In this document: in pieces, positions 59,743-64,000 of the stretch
Position numbering within the stretch: position 1 is the stretch's first letter
Layout: each line of letters begins with the position of its first letter
Origin: Bacteroidales bacterium
GTDB lineage: Bacteria; Bacteroidota; Bacteroidia; Bacteroidales; WCHB1-69
Direction: 5' to 3'
DNA length: 64,000 bases
NCBI GenBank assembly: GCA_045130235.1
Contig: JBGUPJ010000036.1
Location: forward strand, 24,142 to 88,141
Made by a program: the position numbers and the translations under genes
Notes under the pieces: model-generated
Database searches by the model: none
Seen by the model: the letters and a program-made list of their open reading frames with translations, nothing else
Told to the model about the DNA's origin: nothing

Positions 59743-61831
59743 GGTTGTTCTTGGCATAATAACGACGATGTTCTTCTTCCTGACGAGCCAGCGAGAAATT
59801 GCTGACACGCTTCATATAGCCGATGACACGAGTCATGTAGTCGATGTCCGTGCTATGGCACACGGGACACTCTTTGAGGTAGCGTTTATCAATATGTCCA
59901 CATTTGTTGCAGATGGTATTCGGGATGTTGAAGGTGAAGTAGTTGCATCCCTCCTGAGCCGCCACACGCAGCAGCTGGCGGTATTGTTCTTTGCTGAGGT
60001 GCTCTTCCAAATTGAGGTGCAGCGCCGAACCGCCGGTGAGGTGCGTGATGTACTTACGACCATGGAGACGGAACTTGTCGAGAATGTTAATCTCTTTATC
60101 TTCAACAATATAGAAATAACTATTATAACAATCGCGGGTCACCACGTAACCGTCTTCGCGGTCCCACTTGGCGTGCTTCACACCCACATTCTCAGCGGGA
60201 ATCATCTCGCAATTGAACATGAGGTCTTTGCTCTTATAGCGTTTGTTGTAATCTTCAATCATTCCCAAGATCTCCTCCACGAAATGCTGATACTTCTCAT
60301 TGTCGTTGATGGGAATCTTGAGGAATTCGGCGGCCTCCACCAGTCCGTTGATACCGATGGTGAGGTACTGGCGGTTGATGGCAATATAGCCGGCGTCGAA
60401 GAGCGGAAGCATTCCCTTTTTCAACAAATACTTAAGGTTCTCATTATAACAGATTTGCACCTTATGGGTCAGGTCCACCATCTGTTCAAGGAACTCCATA
60501 TAGGGGATGTTCTGCTTGCAGGCGTACTGGATGCAGCGGTTGAGGTTGATGGTGAGCACACTCTTGGAGCCGGTGGAGACGCCGCCAGCGCCCAGCGTGT
60601 AGCTGAAGCCATTGTCCTGAATCTCGTTGCGGAGGCGGCAGCAGCTGCTCAATGAGTCGGCGTTGTCGCTGAGGTAGGTGAAGAAGGAGTGCCCTTGGGC
60701 ATACATCTCGGCGGTGAAGTCGCCGTACTCCTGGTCGAGCACGTCGCCGTCTTTCGAGAGCAGCGCCATGGTTTCCACGGGGAAGGTGAGCATGGTGCGG
60801 GTGCGCTCCTTGTTGAACCAACGCATGAACCGTTTCTGGAGCCAGTTGAGAGAATCCCAGTCGGGACGGCTGCCGTCGGGGAAGACGAAGTCGCCGAAGA
60901 GGCTCTGGAAGTAGAACTTGTCGTAGTAGGCGATATTCCAGAACACCGACTGATAGTTACGGGCGCCGGAGGGCTGGTTGATAGAATAGACCACCTGCTG
61001 GAAGCAGTCGGTAATAACCTTATCGATGGTACGTTTTTTGAGGGAGAGGTCCACCACTTCGTCGGCACGCTTGTAGTAGTCGGTGCCGTACTCTTGACCG
61101 ATGAAGTAGTTCATGTACATCAGGAACTCGGGGGTGGCGCAGGCGCCGCTGAGCATGCTGGATACCATGAACACCATGTTGATGAAGCCGCCGCAGAACG
61201 ACTTGAGGTTGGTAGGACGGGAGGCATTGCCGCCGATGCTCTGGGTGCCGCCGAGCAGCCACGGGTACATGGTGATGCTGGCGCAGTAGTTGGCGATGCT
61301 GGTCTCGTCGTTTTTATAGATAAAATGATTGTTGAGATAATAGAGATACTTGTCGGACAGCTCTTTGCCATACACCTCCTTGATGCGGTCGCACAGCATA
61401 CGGCGGTTGAGGCGGATGAAGCCCGACTTAGGAAGCTCGCCGATGAGCGTGGCGATGTTCTTGCGCTCCACGTTGGCGTTGGCGTCGTACTTGCTGCCGG
61501 TGGCCGCATTCTGGGCGTTGCAATAGTTGATGAGGAAATCGAGTTTCTCCTTCACCTCGCGGTCTTCGTAATGCTTCTGGCGGTATAGGATGAATGCCTT
61601 GGCCACCTCGTAGTAGCGCTCAGCCATCAGCGAGCGCTCCACCTGGTTCTGGATTTCCTCTTCATGGATGCCGTCGTAGATGTTGAGGCGGCTGAGGATG
61701 TTAATCATCGACTCCTGGGTGGCAAAGCTCCCTACGGAGATGAAGGCCTTGGTAATGGCGCTTCGGATTTTTTCAATCGAGAACGGCTCCCTCTTTCCGT
61801 CTCGTTTGATAATGTGAACTTCTTCTATCAT
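59729..61831 (-). CDS. nrdD: anaerobic ribonucleoside-triphosphate reductase (class III)
   Basis: Start trimmed to MIEEVHIIKRDGKREPFSIEKIRSAI (ATP-cone). C-terminal Zn-ribbon CNKCGH...CPVCHS and the glycyl-radical region TRVIGYMKRV are present. The track start at 61981 would run through the riboswitch. Confidence 0.92.
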   Translation of the reverse strand: MIEEVHIIKRDGKREPFSIEKIRSAITKAFISVGSFATQESMINILSRLNIYDGIHEEEIQNQVERSLMAERYYEVAKAFILYRQKHYEDREVKEKLDFLINYCNAQNAATGSKYDANANVERKNIATLIGELPKSGFIRLNRRMLCDRIKEVYGKELSDKYLYYLNNHFIYKNDETSIANYCASITMYPWLLGGTQSIGGNASRPTNLKSFCGGFINMVFMVSSMLSGACATPEFLMYMNYFIGQEYGTDYYKRADEVVDLSLKKRTIDKVITDCFQQVVYSINQPSGARNYQSVFWNIAYYDKFYFQSLFGDFVFPDGSRPDWDSLNWLQKRFMRWFNKERTRTMLTFPVETMALLSKDGDVLDQEYGDFTAEMYAQGHSFFTYLSDNADSLSSCCRLRNEIQDNGFSYTLGAGGVSTGSKSVLTINLNRCIQYACKQNIPYMEFLEQMVDLTHKVQICYNENLKYLLKKGMLPLFDAGYIAINRQYLTIGINGLVEAAEFLKIPINDNEKYQHFVEEILGMIEDYNKRYKSKDLMFNCEMIPAENVGVKHAKWDREDGYVVTRDCYNSYFYIVEDKEINILDKFRLHGRKYITHLTGGSALHLNLEEHLSKEQYRQLLRVAAQEGCNYFTFNIPNTICNKCGHIDKRYLKECPVCHSTDIDYMTRVIGYMKRVSNFSLARQEEEHRRYYAKNNHEVL

Positions 61832-61924
61832 AAGGTTAATGGTTAATTTCCTAAAGAACAACAACTTGCGGGGAGCATTCACAGAATCCTCACGGACATG
61901 TATGCTTTTATCCCGAAAGCTACA

Positions 61925-62092
61925 TTTGCAGATGCGGGCAGGTCTTCTGGCTTGTTCAGCTACCCGCCGCCTTCCCGACAATCGGAGTTTTTGTCAGTGG
62001 CGCAGTGGCGAGGAGCGGAGGATGAACTTTACAGCTACGGGAATAGCTCCTGATTTTCACAGGCTTCCCTTTTAATCCGTGGAACCCGAATC
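61925..62092 (-). promoter_or_regulatory. cobalamin (B12) riboswitch aptamer upstream of nrdDG
   Basis: The minus strand reads GGTTCCACGG..TTAAAAGGGAAGCCTGTGAAAATCAGGAGCTATTCCCGTAGCTGTAAAG...GCCACTG...CGGGAAGGCGG...AAGCCAGAAGACCTGCCC. This includes the conserved core and the B12 box (plus-strand 61936-51). A minus-strand -7 box TATTTTTG lies at 62099-62106. Confidence 0.85.
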
Positions 62093-62197
62093 GCAGGGCA
62101 AAAATACACTTTTTTTCCATCCTGTTTCTGTACAAAATGGATTTTTTTTTCACAATTTTTGGCTGAAAAGTGGAATAATTTATTCAGATAAATTTTG

Positions 62198-62205
62198 TAT
62201 TTTTG
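62198..62205 (+). promoter_or_regulatory. -7 box TATTTTTG for rpiB
   Basis: 25 nt upstream of the ATG at 62230. Confidence 0.5.
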
Positions 62206-62229
62206 CAGATTGTGAAAAAGTGTATAGAA

Positions 62230-62658
62230 ATGAAAGTTTACATTGCATCCGACCATGCTGGTTTTGAGCTAAAAGAGGCCATCAAACAGCATTTTTCAAC
62301 CCAGTACGAATGGGAAGATTTTGGCACCCATTCATCAGAAAGTGTTGACTATCCCGACTTTGCGCATCCTCTTGCGGAAGCCGTGGCGAAAGACCCGTCG
62401 GCAAAGGCCATCTTGATTTGCGGCACCGGCAACGGGGTTGCCATGACGGCCAACAAGCACGCCAATGTGCGCGCAGCCCTCTGCTGGGACAAAGAAATTG
62501 CCGCCCTCGCCCGCCAGCACAACAATGCCAACGTCCTCGTCATGCCCGCCCGCTTCATCCTGCCGGAGACCGCCTTCGACCTCGTCGAGACTTTCTTCAG
62601 CACCGACTTTGAGGGTGGCCGCCATGAGAGAAGAGTAGAAAAAATCAACCTCCGATAG
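62230..62658 (+). CDS. rpiB: ribose-5-phosphate isomerase B
   Basis: Start trimmed to MKVYIASDHAGFELKEAIK. CGTGNGVAMTANKH and the C-terminal GGRHERRVEKI motif are present. Confidence 0.88.
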   Translation: MKVYIASDHAGFELKEAIKQHFSTQYEWEDFGTHSSESVDYPDFAHPLAEAVAKDPSAKAILICGTGNGVAMTANKHANVRAALCWDKEIAALARQHNNANVLVMPARFILPETAFDLVETFFSTDFEGGRHERRVEKINLR

Positions 62659-62660
62659 CT

Positions 62661-63749
62661 ATGGAATTCACCCAAGAAGATATGACCGAGTTCTGCCGCA
62701 CCCGCGCCAACATCATACGGCAGAAGTATATAGAAGACATGGAGAACAAGCTCACGTTCTTCGACCGCAAGATGCGTGAGAAGGGATGCCGCGTGTGCTG
62801 GATCCCCGATGAGGATGCCCTCACCGAAACCTTCTTCAGCCTCCTGCCCAAAAATCCTTATAACAAGGTGTGCTTCGACCTCCCCGATGTGCCGGAAGAC
62901 CTGCGGAATTCTAAAAGCATCCGTCCGGTCCACTACGCCGACGTGGAAAGCGGCAAGTCGGGCGCTACCTACCTCTTTGTGCAGGCCGACTTCGCCATCG
63001 TGGAAACAGGCACCCTCGTGCTGCTCAATAAGAACTCCAAAAACTGCCTCAACGCTGTACCCAACCTCTTCGTCCTGCTCGACATCAGCAAGCTCCTCAA
63101 CAAAGCCTCCGACCTCGAAACCATCCTCTACCTTCGCTCACAAGCTCAAGAAAATCAACAATTTCCAGAAGATGTAAAACTCATCAACCGCCCCTTCTCC
63201 CTTATAGAACCCAGCTTCACCGACCCGAACCAGGGCTACACCCGCACCCCCGTGCAAATCACCATCTTCCTCTACGACAACGGCGTGACCGACATCATGC
63301 AGAACAGCATCCTGCGCGAAGCCCTCTACTGCATCGACTGCGGCAAGTGCAAAACCGTATGCCCCATGTACGCCTATACCAAGGAACATACCCCCATCAA
63401 TATCGTACGCGACAACTTCCTCAACTACACCACCAACACCGAACATATCATCAAAAACGCCATGCTCTGCGGAAACTGCGACCACGTATGCCCCGTACAA
63501 ATTCCCATCAGTGACTTGATACTCAAAGAAATAGAAATCGCCCGACAGTCACACCCGGGCAGGAGCAAACTGGCCAACACCTTCGACAAAAGAAAGAAAC
63601 TGAACAGCAAGAACGGCAAATTCAACCGCTTCTTCTTCAACCAAACCATGTTCGGCAAGAATAAAATGCTGTACAACTATTTTAAACAACAACAAGACCC
63701 CTTCTATAATATCCTTTGGACACAAGAGAACAGCGAAAATGACAAGTAA
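62661..63749 (+). CDS. LUD-domain plus 4Fe-4S dicluster protein (LutB/YkgF-like)
   Basis: ADFAIVETGTLVL is typical of LUD domains. Ferredoxin-type motifs CIDCGKCKTVCP and CGNCDHVCP are present. Confidence 0.55.
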   Translation: MEFTQEDMTEFCRTRANIIRQKYIEDMENKLTFFDRKMREKGCRVCWIPDEDALTETFFSLLPKNPYNKVCFDLPDVPEDLRNSKSIRPVHYADVESGKSGATYLFVQADFAIVETGTLVLLNKNSKNCLNAVPNLFVLLDISKLLNKASDLETILYLRSQAQENQQFPEDVKLINRPFSLIEPSFTDPNQGYTRTPVQITIFLYDNGVTDIMQNSILREALYCIDCGKCKTVCPMYAYTKEHTPINIVRDNFLNYTTNTEHIIKNAMLCGNCDHVCPVQIPISDLILKEIEIARQSHPGRSKLANTFDKRKKLNSKNGKFNRFFFNQTMFGKNKMLYNYFKQQQDPFYNILWTQENSENDK

Positions 63750-64000
63750 TCAGGAGATTATAAGGCAGAAAATCAAAGAGTTCGTCCGCAAGTACTACCT
63801 CAACAAACTCTTGCGCGGCGCACTCATCTTCGTCATCATCACCCTAATGGTGTTCATCACCTACGCTCTGCTTGAATATTTCTCCTACTTCAACACCACC
63901 GTCCGCACCATACTCTTCTTCTCTTACCTCGCCATCTTCGCCACCACCTTCATCTTCTATATCTTCATCCCCCTACTCAAAATTTTTGGGGTGGGCAAAC
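63739..64000 (+). CDS. membrane protein, N-terminal part only (ORF runs off the right edge)
   Basis: Absent from the ORF track (edge-truncated). The ATG at 63739 overlaps the upstream gene by 11 nt. It reads MTSNQEIIRQKIKEFVRKYYLNKLLRGALIFVIITLMVFITYALLEYFSYFNTTVRTILFFSYLAIFATTFIFYIFIPLLKIFGVGK with two TM helices. Confidence 0.55.
   Translation, partial: MTSNQEIIRQKIKEFVRKYYLNKLLRGALIFVIITLMVFITYALLEYFSYFNTTVRTILFFSYLAIFATTFIFYIFIPLLKIFGVGK

Noticed and set aside
59729-61981. N-terminally extended ORF-track gene models. These are nrdD from 61981, mutY from 26719, GSCFA from 59629, nrdG from 59808, asd from 55711, the acetyltransferase from 54740, rlmN from 9691, ridA from 12736, FAH from 15047, the lipoprotein from 6967, cargo genes from 41679 and 42868, C10 from 34264, KAS from 31256 and rpiB from 62203.
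   Set aside because: The extensions overlap the upstream gene, a riboswitch or a -7 promoter box, or they place junk residues in front of an obvious signal peptide or a conserved family N-terminus. Internal Met starts fit spacing and homology better.

Overview
This 64-kb window is a chromosomal segment that looks like a T9SS-bearing member of the Bacteroidales (Bacteroidota). The assignment rests on TAnnTTTG -7 promoter boxes 20-100 nt upstream of most starts, the absence of Shine-Dalgarno sequences, many lipobox signal peptides, T9SS type A and type B C-terminal sorting domains, and the family content. I call about 60 protein genes. Housekeeping genes include: a four-subunit 2-oxoacid:ferredoxin oxidoreductase operon; rlmN, ridA, ung, mutY, glnS, asd and rpiB; and nrdDG behind a cobalamin riboswitch. 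Transport and regulatory genes include OPT, sugar and nucleoside transporters, a TetR-linked acyl-CoA-dehydratase-activase-like operon, and an ECF sigma / anti-sigma-like pair. Other notable genes are a HAL-type ammonia-lyase-FabG-KAS trio, a C10 (SpeB-like) protease and several further T9SS cargo genes. I found no rRNA, tRNA, CRISPR array, transposase or integrase. Many ORF-track entries are N-terminally over-extended or are antisense/alternate-frame shadows of GC3-rich genes, and I trimmed starts accordingly. I also added two edge-truncated ORFs and one 56-codon ORF that the track misses. The most unusual content falls into five groups. (1) An accessory patch at 15.8-22.0 kb carries two duplicated membrane-anchored LytTR + winged-helix regulators with mirror-symmetric, 21-bp-phased repeat sites. 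It also holds a small Cys-rich lipoprotein, an AlbA_2/ATPase/wHTH protein, and an orphan PflA-like radical-SAM activase paired with a Cys-rich membrane protein. (2) A family of modular intergenic elements recurs through the window, built from heptad TGA repeats, a promoter, chained ATGA mini-ORFs, a 28-bp GTAGAGACG...CGTCTCTAC palindrome and CAACAAAT leader repeats. (3) An ECF sigma is translationally coupled to a membrane protein that ends in a T9SS type B sorting domain. (4) One T9SS cargo gene has an internal rather than C-terminal sorting domain. (5) Two GC-rich mosaic intergenic elements are present. All functional calls come from by-eye motif recognition; no searches were run.
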